Below are positions 46,801 to 57,314 of a stretch of 64,000 nt of DNA, piece by piece. The stretch is from Scyliorhinus canicula (lineage: Eukaryota): assembly GCF_902713615.1 (NCBI RefSeq), contig NC_052160.1, positions 137,248,737-137,312,736 of the forward strand. The letters are read 5' to 3'. Each line of letters begins with the position of its first letter. The stretch's first letter is position 1. Both the position numbers and the translations under genes were made by a program. The notes beneath the pieces are model-generated. The model was not told the origin of the DNA, made no database searches, and worked only from the letters and a program-made list of their open reading frames with translations.

Positions 46801-49756
46801 ATTGTACATTCCCGGGTCTAGAATACCTTTCTCTCTGGTTGGCTCTAGAATATACTGCTCTAGAAATCATCCAGAACTCACTTTCCAGGTTATCTTTGTC
46901 AATCTGATTCACCCAAACCAAATGTAGATGAAGCCACTGATGATTGTTGTGGTACATCTCTTACACCCTCCATTTATTTCTTCCTGTGTTGTCTGTCCTA
47001 CAGTCCAACTATTTTCCGGAGGCTTAGAAGCTACTCAATCAATTTACCTCTTCCCTTTTCTGTTTTTCAACTCTCCCAGTACTGATTCTACACGTTGTTC
47101 TTTTGAGCGAAGGTAATCTCTCACCCCTCTGTTAATGAGATTGTTGATTAAACGAGCGACCCCACCACCTTTTCTTAGCTTCCTGTCCCTTCAAAATGTC
47201 AAATATCCTTCAATAGTCAAGTCCCAACCTTGGCCACTTTGCAACCATGTCGACAATGGCTAACAGGTCACAGATATTATATTTTTATCTTCACTAACAA
47301 TTCTTCCATTTTGTTATGAATGCTGTATATATTTAGATACAGAGGATGGAATTTCCCCAAAATGTGGCTCTGTTAATATTGATGTGAGAATTGGTGCGAA
47401 TCCTGTCGGCCCTGGGGTCATGATCCGGAGCACAATTTGTAGCCATTTGGTGGAAAAACAAATTCTCCACGTGAGATATGTTGGCGTTGTTGCTCTGTAA
47501 ATAATGTTGGTGAACCACAAGCCTCCTGTTATATCGATCAAATGACCACACAACCAGTTAGCTAGTTCAAAAGATGGTTTATTTACATACACAAGAGTTA
47601 CCTCGACATGCAAACACAAATATCTACTACGAGTTAAACTACACCTATCAGCTACAATTACCGATACTTAACTTCAGGGCGACCGGCACTGTGCAAATGG
47701 ATAAGGCCTTTATCTGGATTTCACTTAGCTGGTTCGAAGAAAGTGGCTCTGTCTCTGCTGGGCTCATCTGTCAGGTAGCGATCGTTGGTCTTGAACTTGA
47801 CTGGCTGTTCCTGCTGCAATTGGGTTGGCACAGGCCGGATCCAAAAGAGGCAGAACACTTGGCTGTGCCCTCTTTTATCTCTCTGGGATTTCGCGCTCTC
47901 TGGGGAGGTCCTTAACCTTGGACCTAATAATTCGACAGGGCTCTGATCAGTGTCTTCGATTTCGGCCAATAAAGGGGCTAGTGCCTTGGTGACTGGGTGG
48001 GTCCTTAGTGGTCATTGACCTTGGCTGTTGGGCTTTCTGATTGAGGGGAGTAGCGTCGATCAGTCTGTGGCTGTACCGATTGCTTGAGTGGAGTTCTATT
48101 GTCCTGGGAAAATGGGCCATTAAAATGCAAACGAGCGGGGGTTTCAATCAGGCCTGGTTACCTGTGTTTCAGGTACACATAGGCTGTGTATCTGTCTGAG
48201 ACCTGGGTTGACCATAATTCCCATGGTCCTTTGCAGGTGGCCATCTTCAATGGCTGCAGCGTGAAGCATCTGATTCGCCTGCCTCTGGGGGTAATCTGAG
48301 CAGTTCTATACCTTCAGCTGATGTGTGATTCTCCGCCCGATCGCAGTTCTCAATTGCAGCCTCAGCCCACGGAGAATTGAGCCCAGAGGCTGGGGGAATT
48401 TACTGGAACGGTTATTCGACCAATAACCCTGCTGGCTGAGGAACTGAACAGGTGGGGGAAGAGCTGACACTGAAACAAGGTAAAGAGACAGAGAGTGGAG
48501 CAGAAAGGAAAAATATTTAGGAAACATTTAAGAAGTTGAATGGAATGGACAAGAGCTCAGGTCAGAAAAAGGGAGTATTGAAAGAGGAAGATTGTCAACA
48601 GACAGATGCACACGTCACTTAAATGTACAGAAGCACATCATATATTTTTTGAATAAAATTGATAAATTAAAAGCATCGATTTCTATTTGGAGTTTTGATT
48701 AAATAGAATTAATAGAGTCCTGATTTAGAGCAGTGTGTTACTGAGTTTAACATTGCGAGATAGAACATAGATTCATCAGCAGTGGTAGCGTTGATCAAAG
48801 ATTCCACGGCCGTCTCATTTTCCAGGATTATATAGAGTTAGAGTGAAACATAAAAAGAGAGTTGTTTCTTGTAAAAGAATGTGAATAAAATCGTTCCCCG
48901 TTGGGAGGGAAATGTAGATGAACAATCTACCCGTGTCTCACAGAGCCTCATTTATATTGAACACTTTAAACAACCAAAATAACTGGAAACTCGTGACAGT
49001 TCTGTTGCAGAGATCACTAACAGTACAGTTTTCAACATCATTATAGAACATAGAACAGTACAGCACAGAACAGGCCCTTCGGCCCTCGATGTTGTGCCGA
49101 GCAATGATCACCCTACCTAAACCCACGTAACCTGTATACCCGTAACCCAACAATCCCCCCATTAACCTTACACTACGGGCAATTTAGCATGGCCAATCCA
49201 CCTAACCCGCACATCTTTGGACTGTGGGAGGAAACCGGAGCACCCGGAGGAAACCCACGCACACACGGGGAGGACGTGCAGACTCCACACAGACAGTGAC
49301 CCAGCCGGGAATCGAACCTGGGACCCTGGAGCTGTGAAGCATTGATGCTAACCACCATGCTACCGTGAGGCCCATTATATTGGACATCAGATTATGAAGA
49401 ATCACCTTTTACACATTTAAAACAGATTACCTTTTTGCTTTGTTTCTTCCTCGATTAGCTTTTTAATTAATTAAATTGATATTTAAATGTTCTATTCACA
49501 GTTAATAATAAAGTTTACTGCGTGTTAATAAATATTTCTGTGTTACAATAATCCCGTTGAAAGGGACACGACTTCATACAAATTTCATTTGTTTATCTCT
49601 ACCTAGTTTCTTGTGCTTTTACATGTCTCCAAGTATTCTAACATCTCTGTTGAGTAAACTGTAGACTAGAATTTAACTAATGCTGATGATCTGAATATTC
49701 AGCTCGGGCTGTTACTCACCGGGCAGGGAACAGATGAGGGGAATCAGAATCCACAT
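19685..49756 (-). CDS. Gene B: spliced Ig-superfamily immune-type receptor (leader-V-C2-stalk-charged TM-short tail), predicted 322 aa from 6 exons
   Basis: Exons 49720-49756, 44173-44487, 37622-37945, 36464-36539, 22334-22424 and 19685-19810 total 37+315+324+76+91+126 = 969 nt. All introns are GT-AG with phases 1,1,1,2,0, and the frame is open throughout. The terminal exon is the least certain. Confidence 0.8.
20103..20485. mobile_element. hAT (Charlie-like) MITE with 8-bp TSD GATTACAC, carrying a SINE tail fragment (~20221-20400)
   Basis: Perfect 16-bp TIR CAGGGGTGGGCAAACT/AGTTTGCCCACCCCTG; TSD on both sides. Confidence 0.9.
20950..21720 (+). mobile_element. Gypsy integrase C-terminus remnant plus probable 3' LTR (~21532-21720)
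   Basis: [32 protein letters not shown] resembles the W.PG.V...GP.SY.V...RRH.DQL motif; TGTTG...AATAAA...CACA block follows. Confidence 0.5.
21755..22245. mobile_element. hAT MITE with 8-bp TSD CCAATATC
   Basis: Imperfect TIR CAGGGCCGGC/GCCGGCGCTG, subterminal GCCCGGGGCGCC repeats, TSD at 21747-21754 and 22246-22253. The paralogous intron near 62110 lacks it. Confidence 0.85.
22334..22424 (-). CDS. Gene B exon 5, transmembrane segment [30 protein letters not shown]
   Basis: ttttcctcag| acceptor, AAG|gtgagc donor, 91 nt. Hydrophobic helix with Asp and Arg; a paralogous exon lies at 62178-62268. Confidence 0.85.
23342..25120 (-). mobile_element. Outer CR1, 3' half (RT domain and tail)
   Basis: [10 protein letters not shown]...PQGSVLGP...FADD; one TGG>TAG stop at 24258-24260; (TTCTATG)n tail. 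Confidence 0.95.
25121..26118 (+). repeat. 35-bp tandem array, ~28 copies (GGACATTGAAAASAGCGCGAGAGG[TA/AG]AGACAGYYR)
   Basis: Unit starts at 25121, 25156, 25191 and onward; no unique spacers. Confidence 0.97.
26402..27316 (+). CDS. CR1 ORF1p (zinc finger, coiled coil, SGNH/GDSL esterase), open 304 aa
   Basis: ATG at 26402; CSSC...[31 protein letters not shown]. Confidence 0.88.
   Translation: MAGKVVQCSSCRMFEVRDAVSVPADFTCRKCSQLQLLQDRVMVLELELDELRIIREAEVVIDRSFREVVTPKTGDRWVTVRGIGKKQFPAVVPLSNKYTVLDTCGGDDLPGVSHGVRDSSTESVPVAQKGRGERSRALVIGDSIVRGTDRRFCGSERDSRLVCCLPGARVSDVSDRVFRVLKGEGEQPQVVVHIGTNDIGRKGDKDVRQAFRELGWKLRARTNRVVISGLLPVPRDSETRNREREQLNTWLQGWCRREGFRFLDNWGSFWGRWDLYRQDGLHLNLSGTNILGGRFVSTLWGGLN
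27433..30182 (+). pseudogene. CR1 ORF2 (APE + RT) with three frameshifts (~28300, ~29115, ~29680-29710)
   Basis: Four overlapping track ORFs carry consecutive APE, RT ([12 protein letters not shown]) and C-terminal motifs. Confidence 0.93.
30277..32546 (-). mobile_element. Outer CR1, 5' half (5'UTR, ORF1 32409-31474 with one nonsense codon at 32185-32187, APE endonuclease from 31357)
   Basis: CSSC..CGKC zinc finger, coiled coil, SGNH esterase (GDSIVRG, HIGTND, DGLHLN); [12 protein letters not shown]. It ends YRYIKNK, contiguous with TRVRLG at 25120. Confidence 0.93.
33012..33176. repeat. ~165-bp palindrome made of two head-to-head Penelope-type terminal fragments with a hammerhead ribozyme core
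   Basis: Arms 33012-33093 and ~33095-33176 are near reverse complements. Minus strand reads CUGACGA-AGGAGC-UAC-GCUCC-GAAAGCUA. Confidence 0.7.
33960..34745 (+). mobile_element. 5'-truncated L1-clade LINE 3' end with G-rich 3'UTR
   Basis: [17 protein letters not shown] (CCHC), RRILLGW, WL.DL..FL.MEK...RG...F...W motifs. Confidence 0.8.
35328..35626 (+). mobile_element. V-SINE head with an alternative (ATT)n tail
   Basis: HE1-like head and core; the 3' block is shared with the SINE at 15233. Confidence 0.8.
36464..36539 (-). CDS. Gene B exon 4, Ser/Thr/Pro-rich stalk ([25 protein letters not shown])
   Basis: gtttcaacag| acceptor and CCA AG|gtacaa donor. It enters in phase 1 and exits in phase 2, exactly bridging the C2 exon and the phase-2 TM exon. 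Confidence 0.75.
36640..37070 (-). mobile_element. CR1 3' end
   Basis: [14 protein letters not shown]...[10 protein letters not shown] plus tail. Confidence 0.85.
37622..37945 (-). CDS. Gene B exon 3, Ig C2 domain (FcR-like/PECAM-like) with a Cys-bearing C-terminal extension
   Basis: ttcccacag|AA TCC GTG acceptor, AAT G|gtaagt donor, 324 nt, phase 1-1. Motifs [20 protein letters not shown] and [10 protein letters not shown]; sequons NVS and NCS. Confidence 0.88.
38400..38660 (+). repeat. 19-bp minisatellite (ATAGGATTGTGTACCATCT) inside a LINE 3' fragment (~38300-39180)
   Basis: Period 19 at 38520, 38539, 38558 and 38577. Confidence 0.85.
38898..39120 (-). mobile_element. V-SINE (A-rich tail type) with 16-bp TSD CCCACCATCTTTTTAA
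   Basis: TSD at 38882-38897 and 39121-39136. Confidence 0.88.
39537..43165 (+). mobile_element. Harbinger-derived element, paralogous copy including its probable left end
   Basis: Same Myb remnant as 670-2000, with degenerate GGGYGYGAT-like termini near 39537 and 43160. Confidence 0.5.
44173..44487 (-). CDS. Gene B exon 2, Ig V domain of CD300/pIgR/TREM type
   Basis: tttcag| acceptor, GAA G|gtacgt donor, 315 nt, phase 1-1. Contains INC, YWC..C (second disulfide typical of CD300/pIgR) and DTGWYSCG. Confidence 0.93.
49046..49372 (-). mobile_element. Full-length V-SINE present only in duplication copy 2, TSD CATTATA
   Basis: TSD at 49039-49045 and 49373-49379; empty site at ~9497-9504. Confidence 0.92.
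49720..49756 (-). CDS. Gene B exon 1, signal peptide [12 protein letters not shown](G)
   Basis: ATG followed by a hydrophobic run, ending CCC G|gtgagt (phase 1). It joins the V exon to give ...[11 protein letters not shown]. Confidence 0.85.
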
Positions 49757-50204
49757 CGTTTTATTTGCAGAGGTCAGATTAGAACTTGTCGTCAGTCGCC
49801 CAGCTCCTCGTTTTCAGATTGAAATAATTGTCTGAAATAGATTCCAAAGAACTTAAAAGAGGAAGAAGGCAGCTGGAAGTCAGGGTAATGAAATTACTGT
49901 ATCTAACCCTGATGCAATAAGAGCAGCAGAAGGAAGGACAGGAGTTGACCACACTGCGTCTCGAACTTGCTCCACCATTCAATACATTCAATCTTCATCA
50001 TTTTCCTTCAACCCAGTTTTCTGTCCTCTTCCCATATTCCTTGATTACCTGTGAGGCTAAAACTCTATGTCTGTCTCAGCCTTAAATATCATCTTTGAAG
50101 AGCTTTGTTTTTTTTTGAGGCGCACCCTCACTGGAAAAGAAAAACAAAACAGGAAACAGAAAAAGGGAAACAGACAAAGGAAACCGATTGAGCATTCAGA
50201 GTCT

Positions 50205-50530
50205 GGGTAGCATTGTGGACAGCTCCAGGGTCCCAGGTTCGATTCCGGCTTGGGTCTGTGCGGAGTCTGCACATCCTCCCCGTGTGTGCGTGGGTTTCCT
50301 CCGGGTGCTCCAGTTTCCTCCCACAGTCCAAAGATGTGCAGGTTAGGTGGATTGACCATGATAAATTGCCCTTAGTGACCAAAATTTCCCTTAGTGTTGG
50401 ATGGGGTTACTGGATTATGGGGATAGGGTGGAGGTGTTGACCTTGGGTAGGATGCTCTTTCCAAGAGCCGGTGCAGACCCGATGGGCCGAATGGCCTCCT
50501 TCTGCACTGTAAATTCTATGATTCTGTGAT
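50205..50530 (+). mobile_element. V-SINE present only in duplication copy 2
   Basis: Flanks rejoin to match ~10610-10620. Confidence 0.8.
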
Positions 50531-50644
50531 TCACCTAGGGTAGAAAATATCTGAAGATCCACGTGCCTTTGAGTGAAGAATCTTCCTGGATTCTCATTCC
50601 CGTCGGCAGCGCACTCCTACCTATATGTTTATCCGCATCGTGGG

Positions 50645-51116
50645 TGTTGTGTTATGCTTCTTGATGTAGCATAAGATGCTTCCTTGATGCGTACTCTGAC
50701 AAAGGAAGGTTGAGACTTGGAGATAGCTTTAACACATTTATTAAACTATTAACAATTCTCCTACTTGAGTTTGACTCTCCTGTCAATCTCCCCATAGCTG
50801 CTCAGACCAACTAACCAGTCTGCTACAATCCACGTGATGGTGTGATGCTTCTGATCTGCCCCTGTCTGTACTCACTAAGTGTTGCCAGTGGAAAGAGACT
50901 GAGCATGTGTGCTCTGTCCTTTTATATGGTGATGTGTAATGCCTCCTTGTGGTTCCTCCGCGTGTCTTGACTAACCATTGGTTGTGTCCTGTCTTACTGC
51001 CCTATTGGTTGTATGTCTGTGTGTCACGATGTCTCTGGTGCTCCCTCTAGTGTCTAGCTAGGTGTGGTGTATGTACATTAACCCCTTGTGTATTTACAGT
51101 GATGCATATGACCACA
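50645..51116 (-). mobile_element. Solo LTR with 5-bp TSD GTGGG, inserted in a MITE
   Basis: TGTTG...CCACA termini; GTGGG at 50640-50644 and 51117-51121. Confidence 0.75.
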
Positions 51117-53119
51117 GTGGGTGGGGGGGGGGGGGGGGGGGGGGGGGGGCTTCAATGGGAAATCCCATTGGCAAGTGGTGGGAGTAGAGAGTTCCTTCAC
51201 CAGCGAATGGCGCGCGGTCGAGATACACGTGCTGGGGGATCGGAAAATCCTGCCCTTCATCCCATTCCTAAATGATTACTTCCCTGTTGAAACGCTGTGC
51301 CCCGTGTTTGCGACTCTCCAATCGGAGAAACAAACTCTCAGTGCGTTCAGCCCCTTCAGAATTTCATCTGTTTGAATTGGACCACCTCTCATTCTTCTAA
51401 ACTCCAGAGAGTAGAGGCCCAATTGGACTCCACCTGTCTTCTTCGGGCAGGCCTCCAATCTCAGGAACCAAGCCAGTGAACATTTCCTCCACCACCTCCA
51501 ATGCAACGTGTCCCTCCCTAAATATGGAGAATAAAATTGCGCGCAGTATTCTTGGGTGTGATATTGAGCCCGCGTTAGCTGCCAGTAGGAATGGTGACGC
51601 GGGCGGGAAATTCAGCAGGAATTGGAAACACAATTTTCTCCAGCAAGATCACGATATCCAACTTTCCTGGCCCCATTACCCTCCAGGGTGAGCGCTCAGA
51701 TCACCATTACCCTTCAGGGTGCCAGTCACACAATGGGCAATGGAGAGGATGCTTGGGATCCAGATAGGTTACGCCCTGGGCCTGGTGGGTGGGTTGGGTT
51801 CAGTCTCAGGATCTCCATGGGTCCATTCACTCGCACACCTTCGCGGCCCTTCATGTCTGCGAACCTCTAGGTGTAAAGGAGTTTGGAGGCTAAAGGCAGT
51901 GATTCCCATGTCCTTCTTGCTGGGATTGTGGTGGTATCACCGCCGAGGTATTGCCCTTCCAGAGGGGCAGCTGGAAAGTGGACGGGAGCAGATGAATCAA
52001 CAGGGTCAACACTGAGGGTGACTAAGGTTCTTGGGTGGGGTCCCGGGAGAGGCCAGGCTGTATGGGCAGACTGGGGAACTCTGACAAGGGGTGGTTTCCA
52101 GCTTCACGAGGCCTAAAGTCCCTCAAACAGGGGGCAAAACTCCTGCAGTGAGAGTGAACCCCCACACTCAGACAGCACTGTGAAGCCTGAGGGCACAAGC
52201 TGTATGGAAGTTCAAGGCCGCTGGTTATGGTGACCAGGCCGCCGGGGGTAGTGTCCGGGTGACTGGCTGTTCCAGTTGGAAGGGTCATTTAATCCGTAGC
52301 CCATGGGAGCTGGAGAATGAGGGTTCCCTCTAAGGATGAAGTTGACATGCTCATTTCAGTCTTCACATGAATCAGTTGTGCCTCGCCTGACCACAAGGGG
52401 AAGCCAATTTCAGCTCCCTGACCCTTTCACGGTGAGTCAATTGTACCAATTTAGTCAGCATCGAAATGCATGTATGCCACTGATAGGCACCCAATTGTCA
52501 ACGCCCTCTGCTGCAGCTGCTGTCTCTGCTATGATCTGCTGTTACTGTGCTGTCTTTTTTTTGTCTGGGAGAAGGACCTGCTATCTGGGGCAGGAGGAGG
52601 CTATCACTGCCTTCACCTGAATCCCTACGGGTGAAAGGACAGTGTTTCTCCTCTTTAACCTCTGAAGCCTGTGGCCGAGGGAGGAATAAGTATCTGTGAC
52701 TGCTTGATTTCAACAACAATTACAGAGGCCTCAGACCTGAGGCCTGGAGACCTCACAGCCCTCAGGAGGGGGAGGAGCAGAAGGACTGTAATACAACAGC
52801 TGCAAGGAGAGGCAGTGACCCAGAATCCAGCCGACCCTAGTTAATCCCACCAAGGCGTGAGTGTCTGCGGTGGTGGAGGGTGCGGGTGACTGCTGTGACG
52901 CCTCCTTCATGCTTCCCTCCGAATTGTCTATCATGGAGCTCCTCGGGTCTGTTGTCTCCAGAGGGTGCGAGATGATCGACTGGTTGACCTGCAAAGGGAG
53001 TGAGAGGGCATTAATGCATCACAGGGGATAACTGATGGGAGAAAGGTGTTGCTGTGCTGCCCTCCTCTGTGTGTGGGAGGTGTGTGCAGGCCTCAACTAT
53101 GACTGTATATTTTGAGAGT

Positions 53120-53745
53120 CCTCACTGTTGCCTGGGGTCACTGTTTGTGTGGGGTTTGCACGTTCTCCCCGTGTCTGCGTGGGTTTCCTGCCAGTGCTCT
53201 GGTTTCCTCCCATTGTTCAAAGTTGTGCAGGTTAGAACATAGAACGATACAGCGCAGTACAGGCCCTTCGGCCCTCGATGTTGCACCGACATGGAAAAAA
53301 ACTAAAGGCCATCTAACCTACACTATGCCCTTATCATCCATATGCTTATCCAATAAATTTTTTAATGCCCTCAATGTTGGCGAGTTCACTACTGTTGCAG
53401 GTAGGGCATTCCACGGCCTCACCACTCTTTGCGTAAAAAACCCACCTCTGACCTCTGTCCTATATCTATTACCCCTCAATTTAAGGCTATGTCCCCTCGT
53501 GCTAGCCACCTCCATCCGTGGGAGAAGGCTCTCGCTGTCCACCCTATCTAACCCTCTGATCATTTTGTATGCAAAGGTTAGGTGTCCATGGTAAATTGCC
53601 CTTAGTGCCCAAAAGGGTTAGGTGGGATCACTGGGTTATGGGGATAGGGTGGAGGTGTGGGCTTAGGTAGGGTGCTCTTTTCAAGGGGCTATGCAGACTC
53701 GATGGGCCAAATGGCCTCCTTCTGCACTGTAAATTATATGCATTC
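53120..53745 (+). mobile_element. V-SINE split by an antisense CR1 3' fragment (~53235-53575)
   Basis: The SINE core stops at gcaggttag and resumes at aggttaggtg; the insert encodes the CR1 C-terminus. Confidence 0.8.
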
Positions 53746-54499
53746 TGTGTCTATCACCCCTCTCCTGCACACCATCCATGAGATTCCGCTCTATTTCCTA
53801 ACAACACAGCAATGATTTTTCACAATCAGGAGCAGTAAGAACATTCAGGTCTCTGAAGCCAATCTGTGACACATGGAGAAAAAAATTCCGCTCTGAATTC
53901 AACTAGAGGGGTAGAGTTCTCATTAAGAACAGCAATGAGTTGAGAAGCAGCTTCATTTATTATTGCTGGCTCATCCTTGGAATTACCAACAGCAGGAATA
54001 ACTTGTATTTAAATCAGACTTTAAAATTGTAAAAACACTCCAGGTGCTTTGCGTAAATGTGTTAGGGAATTGGAATTAAATGAAAAGTAAAGAATTGGAT
54101 GAAAAAGAAACTGATCGGGATGTAGCTGCACTGGGGGATTGTGAGATGCAGATTAAACTAGAAACGGTGAAACAGATACTTTGTTAAGCAAAGTGGAGTT
54201 GAGCAGTTTCGTGGCCCAGATCAGAACCATGTCCTGTTTGCTTTTTTCTCTGAGAGAATCAACTGCTGCGCAGAAAATAAAGGTTTTCTGCATTAGACCC
54301 CAGTATTTCTGCTCTAAACTAGAAGAGTGACTCCGAAAATAAAGCTGCAAGTCCTGTGCGGTATTTATCTATTGGATTTGGCTCACAGTATTAAAACCTA
54401 TCGGATGTTGTTTTGGGAGAGGTGTATTCTCGTAATTTAGGAAAGTAGATCGAGTTAGATTGGAAGGCAATTCAAGTATGGTGTCTGAGTAATCATTAT

Positions 54500-54645
54500 T
54501 GCCCGTGTCTATGTATTTACATTGTGTATTTATGTTGCCCTATGTATTTTTCTCATGTTTGGAATGATCTGTCTGAACTGTTGGCAGAACAATGCTTTTC
54601 ACTGTATCTCGGTACACGTAACAATAAACACATCCAGTCCAATAT
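54500..54645 (+). mobile_element. L2-type LINE 3' tail
   Basis: aacaatgcttttcactgtatctcggtacacgtaacaataaa. Confidence 0.5.
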
Positions 54646-55777
54646 GATAACAATTGTAAATGTTGTTCTTTACTGTTGCCTTCCTTTTTGTGTTTAAAGT
54701 TTTTAAAAATTAAATTTAGAGTTGATTATTTTTTTCCTATTAAGGGGCAATTTAGCATGGCCAATCCACATACCCTGCACATCTTTGGGTTGTGGGGACG
54801 GGCAGAATGTGCAAACTCCACAAGGACAGTGACCCGGGGCCGGGATCGCATTGTGTTTAAAGTTTGATAAATGTTTATTATTTAAATACTTACAACAAGT
54901 CTGATCCATTTCCTCACTAGGTTCCATCTCTTTTATCTCAAGTTTTTTCCAAATCGCAAAAAATAAATAGTTAAGTACCGGCATTCCAAATTTCCCTTCT
55001 AGGGTTTGGGGATGTCCTTGCATTTAATATCAGCGGGGTTCATAACACAGGTGATCAGATGTTTTTTTGCCAAGCCAAAGATAGATACACATATTAGGTA
55101 CACAAATCTTTGGTCAGAGTGATCTGTTTAAGGGAGAAAATTCTGAAGATTACCAACTAGACAATTGAAGACATTACTGTTAATGCTGGAGTGATTGAAG
55201 TGGAAATGTAGAAGAACATAGAGTTGGCAGAACACCGATTTCACAGATGGGGGTTACAAAGAAAAGGACAGGCAAGGCCATGAACCATAAGACCATCAAA
55301 CATAGGAGGAGAAATGGGCCATACGGCCCATTACTGATTACAGATCTCTCAGCCTTGAACCTACTTAACAACCCAGCTTCTACAAGAGGTGACAAGATTT
55401 GGATGCAGGTAGGAGAATCTTTAAATCAAGGCAATTGGGGAATGGTAAACAAGTGAGATCCGTGGGCACAGGGTTGATGATGATACAGTATTTTACAAGT
55501 TAGGATGCCGGCAACAGAGATTCAGATGAGCTTAAATTGATGGAGGGTGTAAGTTTAGAAAGCTGGCGAGAGGGGCATTGGATTTCCCGAGTTTGGAAGT
55601 GGATTTCTCGAGTTTGGAAATAACAACGGCATGCCTGAGAACTTTAGTGACCAGTGAATGGGGTGGAGTTGGTGGCCAAGGAACTTTTTTTCTGACTGGG
55701 TGGCAGACAATGGCCAGGATTTTACAGTCCCACAATGGTCCGAGCGGACACTGGGGGCCATTTAATTTGCCGTTTAC

Positions 55778-56007
55778 TTTTTAAAAATAAATTTAGAGTA
55801 CCCAATTATGTTTTTTTCCAATTAAGGGGCAATTTAGCGGAGCCAATCCACCTATCCTGCACATCTTTTGGGTTGTAGGGGGTGATATCACGCAGACACG
55901 GGGAGAATGTGCAAACGCCACACGGACAGTGACCCGGGGCCAGGATTCGAACCCGGGTCCTCAGCGCCGTAGGCAGCAATGCTAACCACTGTGCCATCAT
56001 GCTGCCC
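55778..56007 (-). mobile_element. V-SINE (A-rich tail type) with 16-bp TSD TTAATTTGCCGTTTAC
   Basis: TSD at 55762-55777 and 56008-56023. Confidence 0.88.
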
Positions 56008-57065
56008 TTAATTTGCCGTTTACCTCGGCAGGACCACATTATCCCGCAGGGTGTGACGGACAGTAAAATCCTGATCAACGGCTTCACTTTGCAGTACTTT
56101 CTTGGTACCCATTTTTAGTTAATCAAGGAATGAAAGTGGGGCAAGCAGTCTGACGGCACAGAGAAAGCAAAGGGGTCAACAGAGATGGTGGTCGGGCGGC
56201 ACGGTGCTTAGCAATGCTACCTCACAGCGCCCAGGACCTGCGTTTGATCCCAGCCCCGGATCACGGTCCATGTGTAGTTTGCACATTCTTCCCCATGTCT
56301 GCGTGATATCACCCCCCCACAACCCAAAAATGTGCAGAGTAGGTGGTTTGGCCACGCTAAATTACCTGATTAATTGGGGGGGAAATGGGTAACTTAATTT
56401 AAAAAACAGAGATGGATGTCAATAAGGGGATCAAGCTCCATCCTCAAAACTGTGCTTTGTAGCATGTGCTACCTCCTCACAAGTGTAAACCAGATTTTTT
56501 TAAATAAAAAGAAAATCATAGCAAAATAAAATTATGATAATATTGGATTTGCTAAAATAATGAAAAGCACAATCTTATTTGTATCAGTGGGTCTCCCTGT
56601 CTTCTACTGTTAGACAGGTACGTTCTTCCATCTCAGATAAACGCATAAGTTATTATTGAGCAACTGGTTTCCAATGAATGAGTGATTCAAGTTGCCAATT
56701 TCCTCACAGAATATTGTTCGTGATACGTACAAGCTTAAAAAATAACTCAAAATCTATGACCAAAAAATGAGCAAGAAGTCAAGTCAGGCAACCAGAAGGT
56801 TTTCCGATGAATCCCCAAAATGGAGATGGAGCGACCGCAACATAAAAGTTCCAGCTGTCGTTTTTTGCTTTTGATTCTTCCTGCAGCAATTTAATGGTCA
56901 AAATGATTTGATAACAAAATGCATTTTATTATGTACAATCGGTGGAGAAAAAGTTTAAAACTGGACTCAGATGCAAGCAGTGAATCTTCAAGTTGTCGCG
57001 TTGGTCACGTTGTGAGCATCTGATTCAGTGAGAGACTGGAAAAGAGGACATTTCATGCATCAGGT

Positions 57066-57314
57066 TCAATACGATCGGGAATGACTGGCTGTGTTCCATG
57101 TCAGTTCCGAACAGGATTTTGCAACTGGCAGAAAATTGAGGAAAAGCTTGTGAGGAGCTGGAGCTCTCTTGGGATCACACCTTCTCCCACCCCCATCCCA
57201 CCCATTGCATTTGTGCTGGGTAAAGGTGCCAGGTATGTCCGTCTGCAAGGGGTGTACCGCCAATTTTTCGAAGGGAACGAATGTTTCCCGGCAGTTGTGG
57301 TGATCCACAAGAGT
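57066..57314 (-). pseudogene. Gene C region homologous to the gene B terminal exon
   Basis: HNCRETF..EK..H..Q.D....F.QH.CNG aligns with the gene B tail. The position matching the B acceptor reads CTG instead of CAG. Confidence 0.4.

Larger units (their letters stand above)
39927..51410 (+). repeat. Segmental/tandem duplication, copy 2
   Basis: Collinear with 1-10830, mostly about 95-99% identical by eye, with copy-specific insertions and lower identity at the right end. Confidence 0.95.

Noticed and set aside
57066-57100. C-terminal tyrosine (HSRSY*) in the gene C tail as an inhibitory motif
   Set aside because: It does not fit the ITIM/ITSM consensus, and the exon lacks a canonical acceptor.
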